Position numbers and translations under genes: made by a program
Part shown: in pieces, positions 51,440 through 64,000 of the stretch
Layout of the letters: each line of letters opens with the position of its first letter
How positions within the stretch are numbered: the stretch's first letter is position 1
DNA from: Octopus sinensis
Lineage: Eukaryota
Direction: 5' to 3'
Length of the DNA: 64,000 bases
NCBI RefSeq assembly: GCF_006345805.1
Contig: NC_043019.1
Location: 868,001 to 932,000 of the forward strand
The notes under the pieces: generated by a model
Database searches by the model: none
Seen by the model: only the letters and a program-made list of their open reading frames with translations
Told to the model about the DNA's origin: nothing

Positions 51440-51886
51440 ATAGAGTAGTTTGAGCGAAACTTAAAAGGTGACTCAGTGAAGTCTTTTATATCAGGAACTC
51501 CTGTAAAGCAAACATGTGACATTCATAGGAATACTTGCCTTCATATACTTACTGCAATAGAGGTGTCTAGGTGGTTCTGACGGTTACGAAATGGTTAGCA
51601 TTTCTAAATATGTAATAGATTACCACAATGATTGTAACGGATCAAATATGTGGTGGCAACAAGTGGTTCCAATACAAATCAAAGTGTACAAATAATATTC
51701 ATGAGTCAATAAACATACATAGGCATCGATTAAGGGAAGATACTGAACAGTTAACGTGCATCAATAGCTTGTAATTAATGAACTCATACTCCTGAAAATT
51801 TACTCAACCAAATCTCTCTCGTTCTTTCGCGTTCTCACTTTCTCTCTTTCTTTCTCTCTCTCTCTTATTGTATAATAAATACATAC

Positions 51887-51920
<34 letters not shown>

Positions 51921-51994
51921 TACACATCAAAGTATATTCATTCTCATTCTCTTAGTTTTTCTCTCTCTTTCTCGATATATATATATATATATAT

Positions 51995-52405
51995 AGGCAC
52001 AAGAGTGGCTGTGTGGTAAGTAGCTTGCTTACCAACCACATGGTTCCGGGTTCAGTCCCACTGCGTGGCACCTTAGGCTAGTGTTTTTTAGTATAGCCTC
52101 GGGCTGACCAAAGCCTTGTGAGTGGATTTGGTAGACGGAAACTGAAAGAAGCCCGTCGTATATATGTATATATATATGTGTGCGTGTATGTTTGTGTGTC
52201 TGTGTTTGTCCCCCTAGCATTGCTTGACAACCGATGCTGGTGTATTTATGTCCCCGTCACTGAGCGGTTCGGCAAAAGAGACCGATAGAATAAGTAATGG
52301 GCTTACAAAGAATAAGTCCCGGGGTCGAGTTGCTCGATTAAAGGCGGTGCTCCATCATGGCCGCAGTCAAGTGACTGAAACAAGTAAAAGAGTAAAAGAG
52401 TAAAA
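51995..52405 (+). mobile_element. SINE family B copy
   Basis: Full-length match to the family B consensus. Confidence 0.88.
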
Positions 52406-52946
52406 GTTATATATCGGAGTACATTTATTCTCTTAGTTTACATATATATATATATTATATATACAGTGATACCTTGAAGTACTGATTAATGCCATTAACA
52501 TTATGCTAATTATTGACACACACACACATGTGCGTATGACTTTTAGCTCATACATACCCGCAAATACATACTCGCGCACACGGCCCTTTCTTATACACAC
52601 ACTGACACACATCATTCCCCCATACAAATATGCGCTTGCTCAGCTTCTTTCGGCCGGTTCACAGTTATTCTTTCCCTTTCACGTAGCCTCTTTCTTCTGG
52701 CCATTTCATCATGGTGAACCGTTGTACCCTATAACATTTTGTTTTCTTTCTGCGTTTTTTTTTTCATTCTTTTTTCCCCCTTCAAATCCTATCTATCGAA
52801 GAGCGTAGGCTCGAAACGTCAAACACTTTTCCATTCTTCCCGAGCATTAAACTAATACACATGCTTGTTGCCTCTGTACCTGTCTTCGCCTTTTGTTTCC
52901 CGTAAGTATAAACTATACATACACATACGCACATACGTGTATATAT

Positions 52947-52978
<32 letters not shown>

Positions 52979-53024
52979 GAATATATATATATATGTATGT
53001 GTGTATGTATCGTGTATATATATG

Positions 53025-53059
<35 letters not shown>

Positions 53060-53984
53060 GTGTGTATGTACCGTGTTTTTTGTATCGTCTTCTAAATGTT
53101 TTACGTTCTTGTCCCAGTTTGTATTTTTCTACATATAATATATATAGCGTCGCCCGTACCCTCTTTGGCCTTGTATGTAAGTACATATTCCTTTAAATTT
53201 GGTACGACTCTATATCACTGTCTCTCTCTCCTACATTTCTCTGCCTTTCACACTTTGCACTCTACTTTGATCTGTCTCTTTCCTCTCTCTCTCTCTCTCT
53301 ACTTCTCCTCCTCCTTTTCTCTTTTCTTGCCTCTGATTCTTTGGTCTCCTCTTTCCCCACTCTCTCACATTTCTCTGTCTTTCTCACTTTGCACCTCACT
53401 AATTCTGTCGCCAAGCCAATCCTTGGCATGCTCTCTTTCTTCTCCCATCTTTAATTCCTTCTCTCTCACTTCTCCCCCCTTTGGTGCCTTCGTCCCTCTT
53501 TTCTCTCTCTCTTTGATTCCTTTGCCCCTTTTTTTCTCTCTTTCTCCTCTCACGTGATCGCTGGTCAACCAGCCATTCGGCTTCTAACCAGCGCCACGAG
53601 AACATCGTTGTCTTGGTCTGCCGAAAAAGGCATTTTTTTTCCATATACGCCAGCTAAACTAAGTTGTACTGTCCATAGTCGCAAGACACCCGCTGTTTTT
53701 GTCCTGTTATTGCTATTATTGTTTTTTGTATTTATATTCGTGAGGCATCGTCCGTTTTTCTGTCCGTGTTTCGTATACATTCGATCCTTTTTCCAAGAAA
53801 TCTAATGCTCGTAGCTTAGTTTTTCCTTGGGGCTGGCCGGATCGGAGCGATCTCAAGATTAATCAGCCGAAATTGCTAGGATGATCCGGTTCTTGACTGA
53901 TGATTGAAGGCTTCGAATGTCCCGTCCGTGTTTTTTGTATCGTCTTCTAAATGTTTTACGTTCTTGTCCCAGTTTGTATTTTTC

Positions 53985-54037
<53 letters not shown>

Positions 54038-54999
54038 ACCTCAAACATATATACACATTTTATCATGTGTAATGTATATAAAGAAACCTCTATATTTGTG
54101 TATCCACAAATGCATAATACATGTACATACATATATATTTATGTTTGAATAGATATGTTTACACAGAAAAAATAGGCTTATACACTCATATACGCGAACA
54201 CAGGCAGAAAACATCTGTTCAGGAAGGCTCAAAATTTTACATACGTATAAAAGAAACGTAGGCTCGGCGTACTTGTTAATGCTTCCCATAATAAAAACAA
54301 AACTCAGTACAATTGTAGAGAAACTTTATTGTGGGTAATGGAAGGTTCAAATCTCAGTGTCACTAGTAGTTTCATCCCGGGCAGGAATCTTCAGACTGGG
54401 AAAATTTAACAAATGGGTGTGTTACTTATAAGAAATTGGGTGTGCTTATCTGTATCTGTTTGTGCTGTAATAACTCATGTGGTTTGTCTTTTTTGTGGTT
54501 GGTTGTATGTAGATGCATGTTGATGGGTTGGAAGAGTAAACGTGCTTCGAGATTAGTAATAAAGAAAGTTGAGAAAATAGATTTAGAAATACTTAAATAA
54601 TTCGTTTGTGGGATTTTAATAAATGTGGCTTATATTGGGAAACTTGTTTTTGTTTCCAAAACTACACAGTTGATAGATTTTGATGGAAATAAAGTTACAT
54701 ATGAGGAAAGTAGAATGAGCTGTTTGGTACTGAATATTTAAAATACAATGGTGTTCTGTTTAGAAGATAGGTCTGGTAAATTGCAATGAGGAAACAAGAG
54801 TGGCAGGGATGTACACAGAGAAACGCATGTAGTGACATTTACAAACGTATTCACTGACTCTAACACACATGTGTGTATGTATTTATGAATAGTGTGTTAT
54901 AATAGGTCTGGGGTCCTAATACAATCATCGGACACTGCCCACATGGCATAACAAACGCAAAAACGGAACGAGAGAAAATGCGAGAAAAAGCGAGAATTA

Positions 55000-55002
55000 T
55001 GT

Positions 55003-55048
<46 letters not shown>

Positions 55049-56305
55049 GGAAGGTGGAAGGTTGAACAACCAGAAAACGAAAATGATATCAGAAAGAGAC
55101 AAAAGGAGAAGTTAGATTAAGAGCTATTATCCTTAGAACGTAAATTATAAGGCTGAAAATGTAGTGGATTAGAGCCTATGGAACATTTTATTCAATCGGG
55201 TGATAGGAGCACTTCCCAATCCCTCAACAGGAACTTTGCCATATGCTTACAACTGCTGAAAATTTTAGATCTACAGTTTAGCGCTGAGTTAAAGTTTTAG
55301 ATCTGAAAAGGATCTGAGTTCTTTCAACTATGCGTAGCTTATATTTCTTTAGATCCGTTTGTATATGGTGTGAACGTTTCGACTATTTTCCACTTTCCTG
55401 TTTGTGGTGTGACGTTCAGTTTCAAACCCCATACGTGGCTAGGCAACTTATTAGCTTTACTTTTATGCCTGTGTCGGAAAGACGATATGTGATTAGCATA
55501 GTTATTTTTTAATTATTCTTCACAAAATCCGATATAATTCTTTTATATCGGTTGTGTTATTAGCTATCGTTGTGGTAACTTCTGCCTTATATATGAAGGT
55601 TTTAAACATACATCGCTGGTCTCGACAGTTGAAACTGGGAGGAGGCTCTTGGTGTCTGTCTCGTGCAATGCTAATCTTCATATTGGTGCAGCCTATTAAA
55701 TATTTTCTGTACCTGTAATATTCTGAAAAAGGTCAGACTAGGAGAAAGAAGAATCTTTTTAAAATGTTAGAATTTACGTTAAGTGAAAAGGGAGGGTGAA
55801 CAAAATTATTTTCCTAGATCTAGTTTTAGGTCTATTTTGTTCACCCTCTCTTTTCCCTTAACGTAAAATCTATTAATTGGAATATTAGAGGGGTTGTATA
55901 TTGACTAGGGCATTGTTGTAGTAGGGAGCTACCTTCTCGAAAATATCTATAGTGGAAAAGAAGTTAGAAACTCTGTTACTAATGATAGCTTCAATATTTT
56001 TAAATACTAAAAGACGGGATCTGTTATATATGTAGAAAAAGTTTTCGTTAGGCTTATGATAATGTTTATAAAAGGTGGATTTCATGTAATGGAAAATATC
56101 TAAAATTCAGCTTTCGACAGATTAGAAGTGATTGTAATTTCAAGGCTTAATTAACTGAAGGACTGAAGCTGTTTCCTACAGTTATGAAGTGTTTGACAAT
56201 CTCAACCATGAGAAATACTCAAACGATTATCATGGTTTGGACAAACATCGTGAGAGGGATACTTTAGATCTCAATGTGTTTAATAGAAACAGACCTACAA
56301 AATCG
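55000..56305 (-). mobile_element. 5'-truncated Penelope-like element: RT C-terminus, GIY-YIG endonuclease region and 3' UTR
   Basis: Minus-strand fragments: LSLEITITSNL; YHKPNEN...EKVAPYYNNAL (ORF 55885-56085); NCRDQRC..IYKAEVT; NYANHISSFRH...SHVWGLK; SKIFSSCKHMAKFLL. Confidence 0.72.
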
Positions 56306-56600
56306 AAGACGTTATTACTGAATTCTAGATCTGAAATTTTCAACGGTTGTAGGCATATGGCTAAATCCTCTTGACAAATTGAAAAGTGCCTTTCTCACCC
56401 GATTAAATAACTGTATCATAGGCTCTAAGCCACTATTTTTTCAGGTCTGAGGGGAAAACTCTAAATCTTTCTCGTTTTCTTGTTTTTCACCCTCGCACAT
56501 TTTACATATACATTCTTCTTTTCTTGCATTTAATCTCGTCCTATTTTTATTCGTTATGCCATCTGGGTAGTGTTTGATGATTATATTAGGACCCCATACG
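56305..56600 (+). mobile_element. Inverted pLTR copy of the adjacent PLE
   Basis: Plus-strand LLNSRSEIFNGCRHMAK and the UTR CACCCGATT...CATAGGCTCTAA mirror 55170-55280 on the minus strand. Confidence 0.65.
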
Positions 56601-56748
56601 TATTATAAAATACTGTTTGGCCGTTTTTCAACACATGAAACTAAACTTTGCACATGAAAACATTGAGTTTATTAAATAAAATTTGTCTTCTTTTAGTGAT
56701 CTTAACATCAGGGACCACTAAACGAACCCCCACCCCATATATATACAT

Positions 56749-56797
<49 letters not shown>

Positions 56798-57012
56798 TCA
56801 CAATATATGGATTTAAGGAATAGGGTAGTACTCGTAAAACAAATTATATAGTTTGATAAAATAGAAAATGATCTTAATGCAGACATGTAAGAAATTTATT
56901 TTATTTTGAATATAGTAATATAAATTGTTTACATGATTTTAAGTTACGAAACAATTTGTCCTAATTTTAGTATTTAATGATTGTTATATAAAACTTCATA
57001 AAACTATCTGTC

Positions 57013-57058
<46 letters not shown>

Positions 57059-57091
57059 TATATATATATTATATATATATATATATATATA

Positions 57092-57315
57092 TTGTATATA
57101 AATAAAAAAAAGGCAGGCAACAAGTTGCTTAGTCACATACCGAAAAAAATTAGAAATATCAGTCAAAGACTGTAATTCACATATGCAGGGATATGTCGTA
57201 TGTCGAGTCTTATTTGTAGAAAATAGAAATTAACAGTCTTTGACTGCTATTTCTAATTTTATTTTTTGGTATGTGGCTAAGCAACCTGTTGCCTGCCTTT
57301 TTCATTTATATACAA
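57092..57315. repeat. Inverted repeat with ~82-bp arms and ~59-bp spacer
   Basis: 57092-57173 is an imperfect reverse complement of 57233-57315. Confidence 0.8.
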
Positions 57316-58412
57316 AATATATATTGGACTTTTATAGAAGTTCCTACCGTTAATGGTTATATTTACATGCCGAAATCTACCAGTAAATAATTGTTGTTTT
57401 TTTTTAAACTATTAAAGCTATTATTTACCCTTATTATATATATATATATATGTATGCATGTATGTATATATGGATGTATGTGTGTATGTATGTGTGTATG
57501 TATGTAATTATGTACGTGCATACATGGACACAGGGTCAGATATAACTAAAAACGTGAACATGAAGACAAAGATACACGGGTACACGTGTATGGACAAGCC
57601 AGCAAAGACGCTCACTGATGTATTAGCGTGTACGCGGGGTACACATACTCGTACAATTGGTACAGACAATAGGGGCTGTAAACGAATTGTTAGTAGGTAT
57701 GGAGAGGTGCACAGACTTACATACGAATATACAGGGAATTAAACTTTGGCTGATGTGTTGTCGGGTTATTACACGGGTCTTGTCTTTAGTGAATATGTGC
57801 TATGTCTTTGGGCTTTGCGGATTGCGTTAAATAATGTTCATAACAGATTTATTGGTACTTAGATGAATTTTATGGGTGGCTCAAAAAGTAACTGGAATTT
57901 CGTCGGGTCTTAAATGAGAAGTAATAGAATTTGAAGTTATTAATAAAAATATAACATTTAAACCTGCAGTTTGAAGTTGGGTTGTTTTTAATGTTTAGGA
58001 TATTGCCAGTACTAAAGAAGATTGCTCTTCATTGAGAGGTTATAACGAGAGGAGTTCGAATCTCGTTTTATACATTTCCACACAGTCTATGTTGTTGCTA
58101 GAGATACATAGCAAGTTTTGAGAAATAAGGGATACTACCATTACACTATATTCAAAATATTTATCATTAACATATATCACAAAGATAAATAATAAAAAGG
58201 TTTTCTATAATGCGAGAATGTATTTGGAACAACACTGATGATTAAAAAGAAAAGAAATCACATTTATACTGGAAAACCGATCAATTAATTAATAGTTCTA
58301 AAATTTTGACTTACATCTTCATTACTCTTACAAATAAAATGTAACATTCAAATATGATTAACATTAAGTCTGGTAAAATATCGTATATCGTATATATATA
58401 TGTATATATATA

Positions 58413-58443
<31 letters not shown>

Positions 58444-58519
58444 CATATGTATATATATGTATATATATATATACATGTATATCTACAAATATGTATATAT
58501 ATATATATATACACATATG

Positions 58520-58551
<32 letters not shown>

Positions 58552-58887
58552 CATGTATATATACATAGATGTATATATATATATGCACACACATATATGT
58601 ACATATATTTATGCATTTATATGCACACATATATATGCACATATATGCATTTATGTGCATTTATATGTATTTATTTATATATATATAAATGTATATATAT
58701 ATATGTATATATATATATGTATATATATATATGTGTGTGTGTATGTATATATATATATTTATATATATTTATATATATGTATATCTATGTATATATACAT
58801 TTACATATATTTATGCATATATATGTATATATATATTTCTATATATCTATAGATATATATATGTTTATATTTATGTATATATATATA

Positions 58888-59279
58888 CACACCAATATAT
58901 ATATGAATAAAAGTGTGTTTAAATGCTTGCATCTTTTCGGTTAAAGTGTATGTAGTATCAAATACATAATTATGTTCGAGCCTTATGTTTTTTATCACAG
59001 ATATTTTCTTTTTACCGTGGTGATTCTCTTTAATAATTCCTGTACAGTTGAATCTCTATATCCGTTAACAACTTATCGCGACGTTCTGGAAATATTAACG
59101 ATTGACTTAGTAATATTAAGAAAGCAAACGAAAACAAAAAAATGTATATACATATCTTCATAAATATTCCTTGATAAAAAAAAATCCCATAAAGCAAGAA
59201 CATAAAGTGTATTCAACACTTCACCATATTTCGAAATGTTTAAAAGACTAAAATAGAAGCTGAATGTCATCAAATTATG

Positions 59280-59347
<68 letters not shown>

Positions 59348-59763
59348 ATATGTATATGTATATATATATACACACCAATATATATATGAATAAAAGTGTG
59401 TTTAAATGCTTGCATCTTTTCGGTTAAAGTGTATGTAGTATCAAATACATAATTATGTTCGAGCCTTATGTTTTTTATCACAGATATTTTCTTTTTACCG
59501 TGGTGATTCTCTTTAATAATTCCTGTACAGTTGAATCTCTATATCCGTTAACAACTTATCGCGACGTTCTGGAAATATTAACGATTGACTTAGTAATATT
59601 AAAGAAAGCAAACGAAAACAAAAAAATGTATATACATATCTTCATAAATATTCCTTGATAAAAAAAAATCCCATAAAGCAAGAACATAAAGTGTATTCAA
59701 CACTTCACCATATTTCGAAATGTTTAAAAGACTAAAATAGAAGCTGAATGTCATCAAATTATG
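58888..59763. repeat. Near-identical direct duplication (period 483 bp)
   Basis: 58888-59280 is nearly identical to 59371-59763, with (TA)n-rich tracts between and around the copies. Confidence 0.9.
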
Positions 59764-59810
<47 letters not shown>

Positions 59811-59825
59811 GTATATATATATTAT

Positions 59826-59893
<68 letters not shown>

Positions 59894-59921
59894 TATATAT
59901 ATATATGTATATATATATATG

Positions 59922-59976
<55 letters not shown>

Positions 59977-59989
59977 GTATATATATACG

Positions 59990-60038
<49 letters not shown>

Positions 60039-60284
60039 ATATATATGTATGTTTGTATGTATGTACACATATTTATGCTTAATATGTATATAGATATATA
60101 TGTATAATATATATATATATATATTCAAGTATAGGTATTATTGATATTTATCTATTTTTTACGTATATATATATATATATATATATTTATGTCTATATAT
60201 GTCTATATATATTTATATATATAGATATGTCTGTATATATTTATATATATATACATGCATACATATATATACATCCATACATAA

Positions 60285-60323
<39 letters not shown>

Positions 60324-61327
60324 CTCATATACATACATACATACATACAGACATACATACATACATACATATATATATCTGAGAAAGAAAGAAACGGGTT
60401 AGGGATATATGGACAGAAATAAATGACAAAAATATATTACAATTTCACAACATTGGTTGACGTATAGACAGTGATGTATAATGTCCAAATGAGTCTATAT
60501 GTATATCAAAGTGATGCCATCACAATATAGGGGCGATTGCCAGAATCTATTGTCTTGTAAAATCCTGTAAGCATGCACATGTTGATGCTTTCATACATGT
60601 ATGCATGCACACAGCATACACACACAACATACAGGTACGTACGCATATATCATGTTTGTGTGTTTTGTGTGCCTGCATATGCACATCTATCTTTTCCTTT
60701 TATATGTATATCTGTGGTTGCTTGTGTGTGTACGTACGTGCATGTGTGCCATCTCGCATTTATTGCATACATATATCACGGAAATATTCATATATTGAAG
60801 TAATAATTGTAATAAAATAGACAGCAATCTTCGTGCATATAGTTTATTATAATTATCTAATAATAACTATTAATATACAGAAATATGCAAATATACTTCA
60901 TACACTGATACATATATAAATATATGTATGCACGCATATATAATATATTCGCGTATCTAGTTGGATATTCATCGTTCTACATATGTGTGTTTGTATGTAA
61001 GCGTTAGTGTGTGTGTGTCTGTGTCTTTTAGTATTTGTTGATTATATGCAATATGCAATATGCGTGTCCATTTCGCTGCTTCTGTATTATTTGATAAGTT
61101 AGGATTGTATTCTTCATGTGTGAAGTCATCATTCATCGCTTAAATAATACAATATATAGGATATAATTTGGGTTCCTTTACATCCCTTACTGATATACTA
61201 TTAATTCTTGGAGAAAACGCATTTATTTCTCTGATATTATAACATGAAGTAAAGCGATCGCCAGATGGTCTCAGAAATATTCTCCTTTCAATATATATGT
61301 AACATCACATTAATATTCCGTCCAACA

Positions 61328-62560
61328 TCATTCCAACTCCGTAACAACTGCTTCTGGTCCGTCGGCATCAATGTCCTCTGTTTGGGTTTCCCCATTGACA
61401 AAATCTTCCTGGACTTTGTTTTCGGTAGCGCAATGGTTTATAGTTTGTAATTCTTGTTTTTCGATAACTGTTGTTTGTGAGTATGCTTCACGGCCTTTTG
61501 GATAGATACTGTTTTCTGCTCGGAGGGAACGGTTGACCTCGAAACGCGAAGTACATTTAAATGCTTTTGTGAAACTTTTACGGAAATTATCACTGAGGAA
61601 GTTATAAAGTAAGGGATTTAACATACTGTTAGCGTATGTAAGGATGTTAAACGTTTGGAACATTAAAATACGTCCTTCAGTAAGTGGTGGTGTGAAAACT
61701 ACTATATCAAGCTGGAAAGCCCAATAGGGTAACCAGCAAATAATGTACACCCCAATAACTGTCAGCACCAACCGGGTGACACGTTTCTGTGACTTTTTTT
61801 TCTCAGAAGACTTTTTAGCTGGGCCTGTAGTACGTAGTTTATGGACAACTGAGATGTAAAATACGGATATAAGCGGTACAGGAACAGCATAGGAAAATAT
61901 GAAGTTGTACCAAATGAATATTTTATCTGGCGAGATTCCCAAGTGATCTGGCATCACCATCATGCAGCTGTCTTTGTTTTTTGAATTACGCACTGTCGTA
62001 GAATACATGAGGGCAGGCAACATTATCAGGATAGATATTAACCATATACATACGGTTATAATAAATGCTACCTTTGGTGTTCTGAGTGACATGGATTTTA
62101 TTGGATGACAAACAGCAAAGTATCTATCAGCGCTCATAACTGTCAACGTAAAGACCCCAGTAAAAGAATTTATGGATACTAAAAGATAATAGAATTTACA
62201 CATAAAGAATCCAAACATCCAAAATCCATTCTTAATTGTAACAATGAGTAAAGGAATACTGACTAAGAAGAGAACGTCAGCAATTGCAAGATTCAAGATA
62301 TAGGTATTGGTAACAGTTTTCATTTTCGAGAACATCGTAACAACGTATATTACCAAACAATTGCCAAACAGTCCTGTAATACAGATCAGGGAGTTACTGA
62401 TCATTACGGTTATATTAACAATTTCCATGAATACTCTTCTAATACTGTGTTCTGTGGCGTTTGAAAGAGAATTGTTCATGTCAGCGTATGTGTCGTTGAA
62501 ATTCTCACCGAACAGGCTTTGTTCCGTGACGTGAACAGTCTCATTAAATAACGGTTCCAT
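61328..62560 (-). CDS. AstC-R: Somatostatin / allatostatin-C receptor-like class A GPCR (410 aa, single coding exon)
   Basis: The plus strand reads CAT at 62558-62560 and TCA at 61328-61330, so the ORF is on the minus strand. It has seven hydrophobic segments with GN (TM1), LAIAD (TM2), ADRY (TM3), CWLPYW (TM6) and NPLLY (TM7). The N-terminus has N-glycosylation sequons. KMKTVTNTYILNLAIAD and RVTRLVLTVI are typical of the SSTR/AstC-R group. The orthology label is inferred. Confidence 0.92.
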   Translation of the reverse strand: MEPLFNETVHVTEQSLFGENFNDTYADMNNSLSNATEHSIRRVFMEIVNITVMISNSLICITGLFGNCLVIYVVTMFSKMKTVTNTYILNLAIADVLFLVSIPLLIVTIKNGFWMFGFFMCKFYYLLVSINSFTGVFTLTVMSADRYFAVCHPIKSMSLRTPKVAFIITVCIWLISILIMLPALMYSTTVRNSKNKDSCMMVMPDHLGISPDKIFIWYNFIFSYAVPVPLISVFYISVVHKLRTTGPAKKSSEKKKSQKRVTRLVLTVIGVYIICWLPYWAFQLDIVVFTPPLTEGRILMFQTFNILTYANSMLNPLLYNFLSDNFRKSFTKAFKCTSRFEVNRSLRAENSIYPKGREAYSQTTVIEKQELQTINHCATENKVQEDFVNGETQTEDIDADGPEAVVTELE

Positions 62561-63201
62561 GTTGATATCTTATAGGAATATGTCTTTGAAAAAAAAATAA
62601 ACAAAACAGACTTGGTCAATAAACGTATATTTTTTTTTAAAATCTGAAGACGATGTATTTTATATATATATAAGTCTTATTTTGGCGTTTCGGGATAATC
62701 GAATTTCTTTCAATTAATCATTTTTATTTCCCTTGCTGTTGTCATTTTATTTGGTAACATTGAAATATCAGTTGTAAAATATTGTTATTCGATATATATG
62801 GTGTCATGTGCACGATCCTTTGAAATCAATACGAATATGTGTTTTATCCGTAAATATTTTCGATTTCGACTATTCGCCGAATTTTAGCTGTTTCTGCGTT
62901 CTTCAGGGTGGATTAGAGGTTCTTTCAGTTACATTTCAACAACCTTTGAAAAAAAGAAAGAAAAAGAAAAACATAATTAGTTTTAATATCCATAATTTTT
63001 ATAATAAAATTATTTTTAAAAACATGTTCAATTTAGAAATAAAAAATATTTCATTGGCAAATTTCTCCCATTCTCTCTCACTTTTTTTTCTTCACCATCA
63101 TTATCACGACGACGACCATATTATCATCATCGACAGAATCATCATCGGCTTAATCGTCGTCGTTATTATCGTCGTCCTCTCCTGTTGATCCTCATTACTG
63201 T

Positions 63202-63584
63202 GTGGAAGCACTCCGTCGGTTACCACGACGAGGGTTCCGGTTGATCCGATCAACGAAACAGCCTGCTCGTGAAATTAACGTGTAAGTGGCTGAGCACTCC
63301 ACAGACACGTGTGCCCTTAACGTAGTTCTCGGGGATATTCAGCGTGACACAGAGAGTGACAAGGCCGGTCCTTTGAAATACAGGTACAACAGAAACAGGA
63401 AGTAAGAGTGAGAGAAAGTTGTGGTGAAAGAGTACAGCAGGGATCACCACCATCTCTGTCGGAGCGTCGTGGAGCTTTAGGTGTTTTCGCTCAATAAACA
63501 CTCACAACGCCCGGTCTGGGAATCGAAACCGCGATCCTACGACCGCGAGTCCGCTGCCCTAACCACTGGGCCATTGCGCCTCCA
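63202..63584 (-). mobile_element. SINE family C (tail 1), full length, 11-bp TSD
   Basis: CTCATTACTGT is duplicated at 63191-63201 and 63585-63595. Confidence 0.9.
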
Positions 63585-63681
63585 CTCATTACTGTAAATG
63601 GAAGAACATAGAGCATACACACATAGACACACAGTCATATAGGGGCGTATGTCCTTTACTGCCTCTATATATATATTTTTC

Positions 63682-63912
63682 AAGGCGGCGAGCTGGCAGA
63701 AACGTTAGCACGCCGGGAGAAATGCGTAGCCGTAGTTCGTCTGACGATACGTTCTGGGTTCAAATTCCGACGAAGTCGACTTTGCCTTTCATTCTTTCGG
63801 GGTCGATTAATTAAGTACCAGCTACGCACTGGGGTCGATGTAATCGACTTAATCCCTTTGTCTTTCCTTGTTTGTCCCCTCCGTGTTTAGCCCCTTGTGG
63901 GTAGTAAAGAAA
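63682..63912 (+). mobile_element. SINE family A monomer
   Basis: Full match to the family A consensus. Confidence 0.88.
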
Positions 63913-64000
63913 TATATATGATATCAGTCTCCATATTATGTCATTCAGTTTTACACAAATTGAAATTCCGTAGCTGTGTTAGGCGTAACACACAACCAAC

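Noticed and set aside
53862-53925. Type III hammerhead in the TCAAGA...TCTTGA-CTGATGA repeat (also about 26824-26895)
   Set aside because: GAAT replaces GAAA, stem II has a 1-nt loop and there is no stem III pairing. Not supportable without a family consensus.

Overview
This is an AT-rich, repeat-saturated eukaryotic window. It is most likely from an octopus (coleoid cephalopod), inferred from the tRNA-derived SINE families and the dense (TA)n, (ATT)n and (ATC)n microsatellites. Only one intact protein-coding gene is supported: an intronless 410-aa class-A neuropeptide GPCR of the somatostatin/allatostatin-C receptor type at 61328-62560. It lies on the MINUS strand, although the ORF track labels it '+'. 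The rest is transposon-derived: a full-length dead mariner, many R4/Dong-like LINE relics tied to (TAA)n tracts, an RTE LINE relic, a piggyBac relic, non-autonomous Helitrons, MITE-like hairpins, three abundant SINE families, and Penelope-like element (PLE) pieces. The most notable signal is a set of minimal hammerhead-ribozyme motifs in several unrelated PLE-type repeats. One carries a compensatory U3-A8 core variant, and two lie at the apex of perfect fold-back palindromes. Other signals are SINE concatemers with the same two junctions at independent loci, head/tail module swapping among SINEs, and a non-coding ~570-bp element found only inside (ATT)n. Repeat boundaries are approximate and family names come from motif recognition, not database searches.
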